A stretch of DNA of 64,000 nt from the human T2T-CHM13v2.0 reference genome, Homo sapiens: assembly GCF_009914755.1 (NCBI RefSeq), contig NC_060926.1; one strand, 5' to 3'. The notes under the pieces were generated by a model. The model was not told where the DNA came from, did not search any database, and saw nothing but the letters and a program-made list of their open reading frames with translations. Positions within the stretch are counted from its first letter, which is position 1. Every line of letters starts with the position of its first letter. Both the position numbers and the translations under genes were made by a program. Below are positions 27,901 to 41,263 of this stretch, piece after piece.

Positions 27901-30900
27901 CGCAAAGCCATCCGGTGGCGGGAAGATGTGGGCTGTAAGCCCCCAAGAGAGGGGCGCCCTGGGCCCTGGGCATTGATGATGGGAATGGAGTGTGCTGCTC
28001 CCTGCAGCCCCAGGTCAGCTCCGCCTCCAGCAAAACAAGACTCCTCCAAAGCCCGTTCCAGCCATCAGGTCCTTCTCTCCCTGTCTGCTTAGCCCTCTCC
28101 CTAGAACCTGCGCTTCCTTTCACAGCTCGGCGCTTCTTCCACGTCCTATCCAGTTGCCCTTTCAGGAAAGACACTGAACCTGGTGCCTGGGGAGCACGCA
28201 CTGTGGGTCTGCGATGAGCCAGGCCTTCTCCTGGGCTTCGGCTTATCCTCACAAGCCCGGGGGCAGGCTTTGTTATTAGCATTTTGCAGATGAGAAAACT
28301 GCTGCCTCGACTTCTGCTCTTGTGTAAATGCAACCTCCTCCTAGAGCCTCACTCTCACGTCCATTTTCACTGAACCGGGTGCTGCCAGGGACCCCACTTC
28401 CAGAGGAGGTTGCTGCCTCCCCAGCCACCCTGGGACCATCCAACCTGGGATCCTGAGACACCCTGAGTCGTATCTCTGGGGCCAGAGAACAAGTCAGGAC
28501 ACTCGGAGCATCTCATGTGTGTCTCTGCTGCAGGGAGCTCTGAGTCAGCCTGTAGAAAGGGGTGCGGTGGCCAGGGAGGACGTCCCCGGGCTCTGTGTGA
28601 GCCGCACTGCCTCTCACGGTGGACCTGCGAGCCGGGCCGGAGCACCTGCACTGGTGCTCTGGGCGGAGGGAAGCTGCTGAAGTTGCACTTTCCATGGGCT
28701 GCCCACCCCAGCTCCTGGGGCCCTCTGAGAAATCCCATTATTCCAGTCTAGGGGGCTTCACATCCCCAGACCCCTCATTTGCAGCCTGATGGTTATGCAC
28801 CTGTTAGGGTCACTGCGTGGACACAGACCGTGCTGAGGATGTCAGATTAGAGTGAAGTGACCATGACCTTGTTCAGCTGCGCCAGCCTTCCTGCACGTCA
28901 GCGTCGCTGTTCCTTTCTCATCAGCACAGCCAGTGCCTATGTCTGTCCCCTGTCAGATGAAAGATGGCAGATATTCCCTCCCCAGACCCCCTCTGCTTCT
29001 CTTTTGGGAATCAGGCTCACTGTGGCCTCTGGGCTTCCAGTTCTGGTGGCCTTGATCCCTCCTCCTAAGGGACCCAAGGGTCAGTCCCCTTGGAGCTCTC
29101 AGCAAGGAAGACCTCACTGGACCTATGGGTCCTGGCCTGGAGGGTGGACCTCTCTGCTATTGGCCACTGAGCCAGGTCTGCTTCTGCCATGCTCCCCTAG
29201 TAGCAGCCTGACCATGAGGTTACACCCCTTACCCTGTCCTCCCACACTCCAAGTCTGCCTCTCCCTCCTCAGCCTGGGGTTCTGTTCTCTTGAGCCCTAC
29301 AAAAAGTTCATACTCAGCCTGGGGTTCATTCTTCTCTTTAATCCTGTGACAGAAAGGCTGCGGAGGTTGTGGGAGCCTTGTAATGCTCATTTTACCTAAA
29401 CTAACCTTTCTTAAATTGGGGGAGCCAGGGAAAGATGAAAGGAGAAACACGCACACACACGGCAATGTAAGTTAAAGAAAAAAACATTTACCAAGTCTCT
29501 AAATGTTGTCCTCGCCCCGCATCCTATTCTGCTGAATAAAGAAAACAGAGGTGACTTCGGGCTTTTTAAAATCAAGATTTTATTAAAAAGAAACCGTTTC
29601 AATCAAGCAAACAATTCACAAAGACATTTTCTAGAATAGTGAGAATAATAAAAACCATCATTTTTGGAGAGGCCGATTCCTTGCCAGAACCTGGGGTCAT
29701 GGGCTTGGCACCCATCATTCTTGCGCACCCCATGAACTGTAAGAGAGATCTTATCCCTTTCTGGAAATGAGCGAACGGGTTCAGAGAAGTCTAGTGACCT
29801 GTCCAAGGACACAGAGCCCCTGAAAGGTAGCTCTGTTGTCTGCACCAAGTCTGTGTGACTCTGGCACCGTTCCCGGGGTCATTCACAGCAGGGCCCCGCT
29901 CAGACCTCGGCGGGCAGCGAGAAGAACACATGGAGATTCTGACTTCCAGCACAAAGGGGCATCCTGCCTTGTGTTTTTGTTTCCCATTTCTGAGCATTCT
30001 CTCTGGATTACAGCCGTGACCGCCGTATCGCAGCGTGTTTGCCCAGCCCGGTTTGAGTTGTAAGCTGGTGAAATAGAAGAATCCTTGTGAAAATATGAAC
30101 ACACTTTTATTTACCAAAGGTAAATGAAACCTTTCACTGTTCTGAAGGGTTTCCATTTTTCTGTCTTTTGTCTCCTCCCTTTGATTACCCATAACATTAA
30201 CCTTCAAACAACCTGGCAAATCCAAGTCTGATTTCCCGGCAGCCTCCTCCTTCAGCCAGGCAGGGCACCTGTTGCAGGCCCTCTTGGGATCACCAGGCAG
30301 AGAAGCTTCCCTGTGCTTCACACCCACTCACGCCTGTCCCCCCGTCCTGGGGGAAGGCAGTTCCAGGCTGGCCCATGGTCACTGTGAAGCGCTCCTACTT
30401 AACAATGCAAGTAGCCATCCCTCTGTCCAGCTGGCTTTGACGAGGCTCTGCCGCCGCAGCTTCTTGCCCGTGGCTCTGTGATGGGGAAAAAAGGAAGGAA
30501 AAATGCGTTCCATGCAGGGCCTGTCACTGCCGTAGAAACAGCAGTATTATTTTCAGGGATGTTGCGTTAATAGGGGAAGGCTGTTTCTTGGAAAATACTG
30601 CCTTCAAGTACTGTGACTCTTTTCAGGTTATATAAAAGGGCATTAGGCAAACACTCAGAAATTCAGCAGCTTCCTTGGTTGGGAGTGTGGAGGGTGGGTG
30701 GACCAGCTCCTGTGCACCTCCAGCGGCAGCCACGCAGAATACGAATTGGCTGCAGTTACCGTCCTCATCAGCCCGCAGTCTGGATAGTATCAGCAACAGG
30801 AAAGGTTACAGCTTTTCCTGTGATGTATTGCTTCTTCAGAGAGTATTAAAGATGTTTTGAATCTATTTTTTTAGGAATCTTGAAACCACCAGTGGAACAT

Positions 30901-31322
30901 TTTTGCTGTTGTGGGTAATGCACAACGTAGCAGCGTAGGAAGGCCGGGCCGCGAGAGGGACCCGAGGGTGTTGGAAGCACCGAAGACGGCGTCCGTTGTC
31001 ATTTTAACAGTGAGGAAGCAAGTGAGGCAGAGCATATGCTGAGGTGTGGAGCAGCTGCGACTGGGAAGCGTGTTATTTCTTTTATTTGCTGGGGGGCGGA
31101 GAAGAGGCAGACACCGCATCTCCTGGGAGTGGGCAGGATTTATTTATTGGGAAGGGAGTGCCAGAGGAAAAGTTCCGTCATCATGGAAGGAATTCTCCAG
31201 CCCTGCTTAGTATTATTGTTTGGGCCTTTATTTATTTTTTTTTTCCTGCCTTGACACTCCCTGCCCAAAGCACAGATTCAAATAAAAATTGTAGCCAGAG
31301 CCAATGTCTTTGTAGTAGATGG

Positions 31323-31820
31323 TGGGACAGTGAATTTTACATGTCAACTTGACCAGGCCACAAGGTGCCCAGGTATTTGGGCCAAAGATGATCCTGAGTG
31401 TGTCCGTGAGGGTGTTTCTGGATGAGATTAAGATTCAAATCAGTAGACTGAGTAAAGCAGCTCGCCCTCCCCAATGTGGGAAGGCCTCATCCGATCAGTC
31501 AGTCGGCCTGAACAGAACAAAAGCTGACCCTGCTGTAAGTAAGAGGGGTTTCTCCTGACCGCCTTTGAGTTGGGACATTGGTCTTTTGCTGCCTTTGGAC
31601 TGGAACTGAAACATCCGCTCTTCTTGGGTCTCAAGCCTGCAGGCTTTTGGACTGGAACTATACCAGTTCCCGCTCCTGGGTCTCCAGCTTGCTAACTGCA
31701 GATCGCGGGACTTCTCGGCCTCCATGGTTACAGGAGCTGATTCCTTATAATAAATCGTATATTATATATATAATTTCTATGCTATTAGTTCCGTTTCTCT
31801 GGAGAACCCTGGCTGATATA
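31323..31820 (+). mobile_element. MLT2 (C/D-type) ERVL solo LTR
   Basis: aattttacatgtcaacttgac...gagggtgtttctggatgagatt...ttccgtttctctggagaaccctggctgatata. Confidence 0.88.
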
Positions 31821-32869
31821 GAAGGCATCCATTAAGGCAGGGGTTGAAATCTTAACATCTTTCCTGAACCCATAGCTTGATCAAGCTACCTGTGTCCTCT
31901 AGGAGAAGAAAGGGTGACTGAATCCCAAAGTATTTGGAAGGAAGCCAGAGAAAAGCTCTGCAGCCACCACTCCTCTCTGCTGAGAACATCAGAGGCCGTG
32001 AACTGTGTGAATAGAAATGAGGATGCCTTGCCAGACAGCCCCCTTTACAGGCAGATGCTGGTCCTTCCCCTCCAGGGGAACAGGGCTTGGAGCACAGATA
32101 CAGGCCTGGCAGCCACAGGCCCCTCGGCCCAGGGAAAGGCAGCCTCTCTGTTGCAGGTGGGAGGCTCCAGCTACAGCCTCCAGCCATTGCTCCCTAGACG
32201 TGGTGTCCACTCCTTGCTCACCCCCTGCTAGAAGGTAAAGGAAAGCATACATGAAATGCTTTTAAGCAGCAGGTCTGTGACTCTTCCTGCAGCAGGTGAG
32301 GCTCTGAGCTAAATATGTCACACCTGGGGTCTTCTGCGGGGCTGGATCGAGAGCGGGCTTCTCCTGCAGTGTGAAGGGTCTGGTTCCAGCCTGGGCCGCT
32401 GGGGAAATTTTGAGGGTGGTGGGTGTTCTCAGAGGGGTCTGGGGCCTCACAGTGATTGGAGAGTGGGGAGAAATGGGTGAGGGAAATGAGTCCACTCATG
32501 GAGGCCTTAGCTGTGACTCCTTTTGAAATCTGAGCATCCCAGGGATGAGGGCACTGACACTGATGTGAGGAAATTAGGCCCCAGGGCAGCCGAAGCAGGC
32601 TGTGCCCATGATAACAGCAGAGACTGCAGCCTAAAACTCTGAACTGACTGCTGGGGTGCAGAACACAGGGGAGAAGCCTCCTCCCCTTTGGTGAAAAATC
32701 AATGTCTGGTGTCAGGACTCCCCTATTAACAGCTTGATTAGAAAGGACTCAGAAGTTCCTTTGCCCTGGAATTGCACCAGGAAAAGAGAAATGGAAGCAC
32801 GTCTGGGGCGCTGGTAAAGCTAGCAAGGGCATTAAGTCCAGACTGCTTCATCCCAGCCTGTTAGTGCCT

Positions 32870-33770
32870 AGTTCACGCTCCCAACTTTTCCTGAACACCT
32901 ACTATGTACCAGGCCTTATCCTGGAAATAAGGCATGGTCTGTCCTCCAAGGAATTCATAGTATAAAGTATGGGGTTGAGCAAATAGGACTTAGAGTCCAG
33001 TAGCTCATACAGGCTCCAGGGTTTCCTGTGGGGCATGCTGGGGAACCAGGGGAAATGCATCTGACCCAGATGAAGGGAGGCCAGAGAAGGGAGCTGTCAG
33101 GGGAGGCTTCTCCGAGGGGAGGCCACTGAGCTGAGTCCCTGAGGATAAGATGGAGCGAGCCTCGGTGAGGGGGCCCAGTGGACACACAGAGGCCAGGCTT
33201 AGGCTGATGTGTGGAGATTGGACGCAGCAAACCACATGAGGGTGCTGGCAGAGCATGAAGTGCCAGCCCAGGGGTGGTGAGAGGGGGCACCAGGAGGCCA
33301 GCGGGGCCCATCAGGGAGTTGGCACTCGATCCCTTCGACAATGGGATTGGAAGGTGTTAGGGAGGAGAGTGACATGGTCATATTTACATTTTAGAAAAAG
33401 AACTGCCTTGCCACACAAAGAACAGATTCAGATAGACACCCCAGGTGACACTCCTTGGAGGTCAGGAGAAGGCAGAGGTGAGGGTCAGGGAGGCCAGGGC
33501 TGCTAGAGGAAATATTTAGGAGGGCATCGGCAAGGCTGCTGGGGCATGGCGTGGGGGGACAGTTAAAGCCAAGTCCCAAATTCCTGCTTTAGGAACAGGG
33601 TGGTGAGGCCAGCTCTGGGACAGAGCATACAGCAGAGGGAGCTGACCCAGGATGGGGAGGGAGAGAGCAGAGGCCAGTCCGGGACACACAGAGTGTGAAG
33701 TGCAGGCAGGATATCCAAGTGGAAGCGTCGAGTGGGCTTGTGAGCATCTGGAAAGGTGACAGTGATGTGG
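32870..33770 (-). mobile_element. Degraded L2
   Basis: ctgaacacctactatgtaccaggc...gagagtgacatggtcatatttacattttagaaa...gatatccaagtgga. Confidence 0.65.
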
Positions 33771-34233
33771 CAACTGGGCAACAAGACCAGATGCAGGAAC
33801 AGGGTCCCCATCCAGAGGTGGGAGAGGGAGGCAGGAGAAGAACGTTCCAGAACCCGGATAAACATCATTGAAAGAGAGAAGGCCAAGCCCGCAGAGCCGG
33901 GTGTATAAACAGGCCAGTGTGTGCTGCCGCGATGGGAACTCCAGCATCCTGCTGGCTGGAGCGCTGCTGCCACTCTGACCAGTGCATTCTACCCACGGGG
34001 ATGACCCCGCATGGGAAGCCGGACTCCCGTCATGAAACCAGTGTTCAGGGAGCCAGGCGGAAGGTCTTTCTCATTGCTCAGGCTGGCAGCTTGAGGCACA
34101 CACTTCCACCGCAGGAACATCCTTGGCCGGGGGACTGCAGTGCTCCAAGCCCCGGTCCCCTGGCAGAGAAGCATTTGCCTGTGAAGAGGGCTGGTCTTGG
34201 AAAGCGTCCAGTCTATGGGGCCCAGTTCTCACC

Positions 34234-34254
34234 CAGCAGCAGCAGCAGCAGCAG
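34234..34254 (+). repeat. (CAG)7 trinucleotide repeat, intronic
   Basis: Read directly. Confidence 0.95.
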
Positions 34255-34512
34255 CTGAGGAACTCTACAGCAGAGCCCCAGGTCCCACCCACAGCCTTCC
34301 AGAGCCAGACCTCCCAGGGGAGAGACTGGGGAAGCCCAGCCGGACTAAGACCTGCTGCTGACTTCCATCTGCTGATTCTCACATGAGGCCTAGCAGGGAG
34401 AAGCCTCTTGTCCAGGTTAGCTCAGGCCTCCTGAGTCCCTGCCCTCCTGAGCACGTTTGGCAATGGCCTTGGCAGGGGCTGAAACAGCAGTAACTGCAGT
34501 TAGGAGCACCTA

Positions 34513-34630
34513 GGAAGAAAAAAGGAAGAGAGGAGGGTGAGGAGAGGTAAGGGAGGAGAAGACAAGGAGGAAGAGGAAGAGCTCAGGAGGAGGAGGAGGA
34601 GATGAGGGGGAGGGGAGGGGGAGGAGGAGT
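34513..34630 (+). repeat. Polypurine (GA-rich) low-complexity tract
   Basis: Almost entirely A/G over about 115 nt. Confidence 0.85.
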
Positions 34631-35809
34631 ACGCTCAAGCCCTGGTGCTAATGGGACAGACCCCCCAGACAGGAAATGCAGACTGGAGAGAATGGAGGTG
34701 AATGGAGATGCCGAGCCCCCAGGAGAATAAGTAAGGGCATCAGTATATTTCAAGATGAAGAGAAGGCGCTGCCAAAATGAAGTGCAGCAGAAAGCTGCCC
34801 CTCTCCACTTTGGGAGTGCCCAGACAAGCTGCTGTGTGCACTGGCATCAAGTGGGCACCAAGGGGGGTCCAGCATACCCTCCTCCCTGTGGTGGTCAAAT
34901 GCAGCTCACCATATCCAGGCGTCCAAATAGGGGCAGCTACCACATATCCCTGGGAGCGTGAAGGTGGAGACACTGGCCACCAGTATGACAGCTTGTGTGT
35001 AAATGTATGTAAGAACAGGACACGTGAGAGAGAAAGTCTGGTCCAAAAGGCAGGTGCACAGTGGCCCCCACATTCATCCCCTTGGGATGTGCTGGAAGCC
35101 AGCTGGGCACCTGCAATGCACATCCTTCCAGCACCCTCTCATCAGGCCTGGGACACAGGGAACTGTGATTCTCATTTTGTAGATGAGGAAACTGAGGCTC
35201 AGAGACATTAAATCCTTGCCTGGGGCACTCAAGTAATGAAGGAACAGGGACTCAAACCCCTCACTCTTGATGCCCTGTTGTTCTGACCCCCAAAGGCATC
35301 ACATTCCCTGTGCCCAGCACAACACATCATCCCCTCTGTTCATGCCCACACCCCTCATCCTGAAGTCAGGACTCAGCCCCCTCCTCCAGGCAGCTTTCCT
35401 GGACTCACAAGGCCAGGATAGGCCACCACCATCCCGCTCACATCACAGCATGTGATCTCTCTGAGTTGCACCTGTTTTCTTACCTGACTCCACCGATCTG
35501 ATCTGCTGGAGAGCCGAGCCTTTGTCCTACCTAATCACAAAGGATGGACAAATGCGAATGATGGGTCCCAAGAGGGACGAAGCATGGAAAACTCCCACTC
35601 GGGACCCTGGACCCTAGCCATCTCTTCTGGACTCTCCCAACAACAGGAGTGACTCCTCCCAGCCCTGAAGTCAGTGCAGGGCTTCCCCTGCCTGGAATGC
35701 TCAGTCTTTCCTTCACAGCCCAGCCTAAGGCCTGCTCCTCATCCCTGCACTTGGGGGCCTTTAGGACGCCCGCTGAGCATTCAACCGGACGCCAGCCATC
35801 TGCATGGGT

Positions 35810-36045
35810 AATAACACAGGGAGCTTCCACATATAGCACCCACGTGTTCCAGGCATGGTTCTAAGTCCTTTGCACATATTAGTTCATAATTCTATGGTGT
35901 AGGTACTTGAATTATCTCTGTTTAAGAGGTGAGAAAAGGAGGGCATGGAGTGGTCTGTGAGCTTGCTTGGCTTTCCTTACTTGAAAGTGGCAGAACTTGG
36001 ATTTGAACCAGGCAGCTGGGCTCCAGAGTCCTACTCCTACCCACT
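35810..36045 (-). mobile_element. MIR
   Basis: ccaggcatggttctaagtcctttgcacatatt...aagtggcagaacttggatttgaaccaggcag. Confidence 0.65.
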
Positions 36046-37859
36046 CCCCTGAGTGAGAAACCTTGTCCTGCCCTCAGGAGCTCACAGTCCTGGGTGAGAC
36101 AGGCTTCTGCACGGTGACATGAGGAGGTGACAAGAGCTGGTCACAGGTGGACCCAGCGTGCAGGGGAGGAAGCTGTCCCACCCTGATCTCGGGTCTTAGA
36201 CGGGACATGTCTCATGTGAGGTGGCCTGGGATGTGCTGGAATGTCTTTCCTTCCCCACCCTGGGGACCTGGCAGGTCCCAGGTTCCAACGGACCCGACTC
36301 ATGGTGCCCAGCATCCCTCATGGACCCTACAGTGCTGGCCTGTCCCCTGCAATGGCGATGAGCCCTGGGAGCCATGCACCCAGGTTTACACGTTAGTGGC
36401 AGGAGGACAGTCCGCTGTCTGGGGAACAATATGTTTGCCTGCCCCTTGTAGGGGGAGCGAGCTCTGTTTTCTCCCTCCTGTAATTGTTACCATCTGTTTC
36501 CCTCCATCATGTTTGTTGATGTTTTCTTGTTTTAAAACTGAAATGAGTCAGATTGGAGGCTGATTTAGGAAAATGTATCTGGGAGGAAAGCTCAAAGTGG
36601 CCATGGGGGACTCTGTGTTCTGGAGTCATCGGAAAAGAAAAGATTCTGTGGGGCCAGCCAAGGGGTGTCTGCCAGCTACTCCTGCCCTGTGGGGGCCGGA
36701 GTCCCCCCGCAGTCCAAGAAGGCTGGGGCTGTGTGGGTTTCTGTGGAATGCATGTGTGTGGGCTCAGTTATGTAAGTAGGTGAGTGGACATGTGCACACT
36801 TGTGCACCTGTGTGATAGTGTGTGCATATGTGAATGTGAATGTCATCCCGGGAGTAGGGTTGTACAGCGTGGACTGTGTGAGTGGTTGGCATCTTGTATT
36901 CAGAAGGAGGCAGATGCAGAAGGAGAGAGCTGCCAGCTAGCTGTGACCAAGTTCTGGGTTTGGAGGGTCCCCCATTTCTGCAGCTGACTTAAATGTGACC
37001 TCAAGTGAATCCATGAACTAACTCCCCGTGAATAAACAATAGAAGAGAATTTTGATGCCAGTGCTAATTCCAGATGAAGATGAATGAGTGGGTTGGCTGG
37101 GCTTACTTGGAGGTATTTATAGATGTGTCTCCAGGGAGAATGGCCCCTGGAGGTGATCCCCAGGCTTCTCACAAGGCGCCATTGGTATTCCACATGAGCT
37201 GTGCATGGCTGGAAGTCTAGCAATTACTACGTGGAATATTCATCTCTGGGGCAGTTGTGACCCAAAATATTTGACCTGTACTCCCCTGCCTACCCCACCC
37301 AGCCCCACATATAAGCTTAGGGTTCCTCTGTGGGACAGGAGGCTTCAGGGTCCTGGAAGGACCAGGTACCAGATAGGAACTAGCTTCCTGAGCCATTAAA
37401 ACAGGGCTTCAGCTGCCTTCTTATCAGGGATTTTACATCTCTGCCACCCCCCTTCCCAATCCCATGCTGATATCCACCAATTACCTGGACTCTTGCTTCT
37501 TCGTTGCCATTATTTAGCCAAAGAAAGGTGCCCTGCGACATTGCCCCTCACTATCTGTATCTATGAGCCTGGTTCAGCTCTGTTACTTGACCTGCAATTC
37601 AGACCACCCGCCACCAGAGGTCGTGATGCTTTGGTCTCACAGCCAATAGCTACACTTCCCATAGATGTGGTTTCGAATTAGGATCCAGCCTGCTTTCCAG
37701 TCCTTTGCTTTTGTTTCTTGATAATCCACAGCCTGTGGGGGAGTCTCTGGCTGCAGCAACCCAGAGAAAACTGATGGAGAAAGACTGTGCCTTTGGCACA
37801 GCATCCTTCTTATAAAAGGCTACTTAATATTCCTGCATTCTCGGGTCCCCTAAAAGTAC

Positions 37860-38100
37860 TAATAGCTGCCATTTGCTGAGCCCCTGCCTTGTCCCAGGTA
37901 CGTTGCTAGGTCCTGGAAGTAGAAGATTCCCACTGCTTGTTGAAATCAGCCTTTCAAAGGAGGGATTGTCCTGCCTGCTTTATAGATGAAGGAGAGAAGC
38001 AGGGGCTCAGAGAGGTGGTATGACTTGTGCAAGGTCACAAGGCCAGTTAGGAGTGGGCCAGTTCTCAAATCCAGACCTGCTGACTTCTGGCCACGGCTCT
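37860..38100 (-). mobile_element. MIR
   Basis: ggctcagagaggtggtatgacttgtgcaaggtcaca. Confidence 0.7.
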
Positions 38101-38760
38101 GATCATTATGAAGAAGGGAGGCAAGTCCAGGAGAGCCAGGGTGCTGCCAGCTGGGAAATGTGAGCCATGGTCATCCAGGCTGGTTGGATTTTCACCAGAA
38201 GTTCTCAGATCCTGCTCCTGCCCTTGAGCCTTTGATCCAGAGTTTCTCCTTCCTGGGAAGCCACATGGTCTGTGCTCAGCCTCACAGCAGGACACGGGGT
38301 ATAACTCACTCCACTTACTGTGATGTTTAGGAGCAAGCAAAGGAAACTTCTCGTGTCTGCATATTTAAATGCTTTTATTAAGTGGAACAAGCTATTTCTG
38401 AACACGAGAGTGGGCAACAGCCTTAGAAGAAATTAAAATGAACCATGACAATGGAAAATTGCACAGGGGCACGGTGGATTCTCCGGAGATAAATACAACA
38501 AGCCTTTCAACAGCATTCGGGAAAGACTAGCGATCATGGAGATTATGTTGTGAGAGGAAGAAAGCAAACCGTCAGAAAATTAGAGCTCAGGCTGGTGGGA
38601 GGACCCACTGGCGTGCTAGTCAGGTCTGTGGGTGCCTGTCTCCATTCAACACTCCCTGGGGTCTAGCGGGCAAGATGGAGCCAGAGAAACAACAGGCGGA
38701 TCGATCTCCACTCGGTTCACTCAGTGTTTCTGAACGCCCACTTTGTGCAGGCTGCGTGGA

Positions 38761-39513
38761 TCTTATGGACTGAATTGTGCCCCCAGCAAATTCACAGGTT
38801 GAAGCCCTAATTACCATTGTGATGGTGTTTGGAGATGGGGCCTTTGGGAGATAATTAGGTTTTGATGAGATTGTGAGGGTGGGGCCCACCTGATGGGATT
38901 AGTGCTCTTGTAAGATGAACAAGAGACACCAGAGCTCACTGCCTGGTGAGGACACGGCAAGAAGGCAGCAGTCTGCAAGCCAGGAAGAGAGCCCTCCCCA
39001 GAACCTGCCCGTGCTGGCACACTGATCTCAGAGGTCCCAGCCTCCTTGACTGTGAGGAATGCATTTCTGTTGTTTAAGCCAGTGGTCCCCAACGTTTTTG
39101 GCATCAGGGACCGGTTTTGTGGAAGAGAATTTTTCCATGCATGGGGGTAGGAGGAGTTGGGGGGGCAGTTTCTGGATGAAACTATTCCACCTCCGATCAT
39201 CAGACATTAGATTCTCATAAGGAGTACACAACCTGGATCCCTCTCATGCACAGTTCACAACAGGGTTCGTGCTCCTATGGGAATCTCATGCCGCCACTGA
39301 TCTGACAGGAGGCGGAGCTCAGGCAGTAATGCCAGCAATGGGGAGCAGTTGCAAATACAGATGAAGCTTCACTCACTCACCCATCACTCGCCTCCTGCTG
39401 TGTGGCCTAGTTCCTAACAGGCCACAGGCTGGGTCTGTGGCCCAGAGGTTGGGGACCCCTGGTTTAAGCCATCCAGTGATATTTTATTTTGGCAGCCTGA
39501 GCTGACTAATGCA
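38761..39513 (+). mobile_element. MLT1A-type MaLR solo LTR interrupted by MER1
   Basis: tatggactgaattgtgccccc...gatgggattagtgctcttgtaaga...tttctgttgtttaagc[MER1]catccagt...ggcagcctgagctgactaatgca. Confidence 0.88.
39080..39461. mobile_element. MER1 (A/B) hAT-Charlie DNA transposon, opposite orientation to the copy at 20606
   Basis: Terminal inverted repeats cagtggtccccaac...gttggggacccctg; perfect 8-bp TSD gtttaagc at 39072-39079 and 39462-39469. Confidence 0.93.
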
Positions 39514-39730
39514 GTGAGGAGCAGAGCTGGGCACTTAGATCTTGGCCTCAGAGAACTCCCAAGCCTTGAGGGGCTGTCAACTGGACCATCTGAAGTTTCC
39601 ATAGATATCAGCTGTTGTAATTATGATCCTGACTCTCCCACTAGCCTGTGCACTCCCCTAGGCCAGAAACTATTGATATCTGTGTCTCCAGAACAGGATT
39701 GCCTCTCAGTAAGTGTGGGGTGGGAGGGGG

Positions 39731-39783
39731 GCCGCGTTCCTTGTAGCGGCCCATCCTACTCAGAGGCCCCGCCGCCCTGCCTG
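39731..39783 (+). repeat. Left arm of a 53-bp dispersed inverted repeat
   Basis: 51/53 identical to the reverse complement of 42123-42175. Confidence 0.95.
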
Positions 39784-40960
39784 CGTGGATGACGCCCCTG
39801 CAGGCGATGGGCCCCAGCGCTGAGGGAGTGGAGCTGTGGTAGCCGGACCACACAGCACGTGCAGACAGAAGCCCTCCCTTGGACGTGAAGGGAGGAAACC
39901 TTGGCCTAGGCAGTCTGGGTTCCTGCTGAGGAGGGGACATCAGTGGAGGGCATTTGTCTGGGATCCCATCTCCAAGGGCGGGCCAGGCCCAACCTCCTCA
40001 GGAGTTGGCACCGTGGCTACCCAGCCTCTTGCAGAGAAGACCAGAGCCTCATGCTGCCCTGGTTACCCACAGCCCCTGTGTGCAGTGCCCATCCCCGCCC
40101 CGCTCCTCCCCAGCACCGCTCCTGGGGAAGGGAAGTATCTATCTGCCCCAAGAGGGCTGTTTCTGTGTCCCCTGCCTCTTCCACCACTGCTTAAGATCTC
40201 TCCGCTGTGCCTCCTGCCGTGGCCCTCCAGTGAATTTAGACGGCATCTGGCTGCCCCCAAGTGTTTCCTGAAGGCTGAAGAGCTGAGCTGCTGCTAAATA
40301 CCAGCTCCTTTTAAACATCACTTTAACCACCTCAATTCTGAACCAAGGTGGGGCTAAAGAACACCACGCCCTCAGGATCCTGCCTGGCCACACGTGGCTC
40401 TCATTACAGACAGCCTAAGCAGGCACAAAGCAGCCAGCGCCCAGGAGCTGGAAGAAGGCACGCTGAGGCCCTCGCTGAGCCTTCTGGAACATTCCCACCG
40501 CGGAGCGGTCATTTCTGCCCAGCTCTGACCCCCATACCATTCAGAATCTAGGCTACCGTCCTGAGACCCACACTCAGGCGCTGACTTGTTTGGGTGAGTC
40601 TTGAAGTCCCCACAATAAAACTGTAGTAGCTCCTTCGGTGCACCTTGCGTCTGAGGAGCCGCCTCCGAGGCCGTGTGTGCTGCCCTGTTTGTCTCTTTGT
40701 CTCGCTGCCCCTCGGTGTGACTCTGCCGCGTCCCCTCTCTTGTTAGGTGTCTAATAAGGTCACTGAGGATGTCGTGTCAGGATTGTTGTCAAGAGTCGAG
40801 CTCTCAGTCGACTCCATGCTCTGGGAGTCAGTGTCGTGAGTCACACAGCAGAGGTTTTACAATGTAGAGCTGTTCCCTTTTCCCAGTGAGTCTTTGTTTG
40901 CAATTTTAAAAAAAACCAGGAATGCTCTGCCCCTGACTAGAAAGGAGGAGGCCAGGAGTC

Positions 40961-41263
40961 TTTTTTTTTTTTTTTTTTTGAGATGGAGTCTCGCTCTTGT
41001 CACCCAGGCTGGAGGGCAGTGGCACGATCTCGGCTCACCGCAACCTCCGCTTCCCGGGGAGCTGGGCAGCAGTTCTGCTGCCTCAGCCTCCCGAGTAGCT
41101 GGGATTACAGGTGCCTGCCACTGCACCCAGCTAATTTTTGTATTTTTAGTAGAGATGGGGTTTGCCATCTTGACCAGGCTGGTCTCGAACTCCTGACCTC
41201 GTGATCCACCCGCATTGGCCTCCCAAAGGGCTGGGATTACAGACATGAGCCACCGCACCCAGC
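40961..41263 (-). mobile_element. AluS element with a local fold-back rearrangement
   Basis: Two arms, poly-T; degenerate TSD ccagga[g/a]tct. Confidence 0.93.

Noticed and set aside
34123-34386. ORF with a polyQ run
   Set aside because: Non-ATG start, short, no convincing splice signals; a product of (CAG)7.
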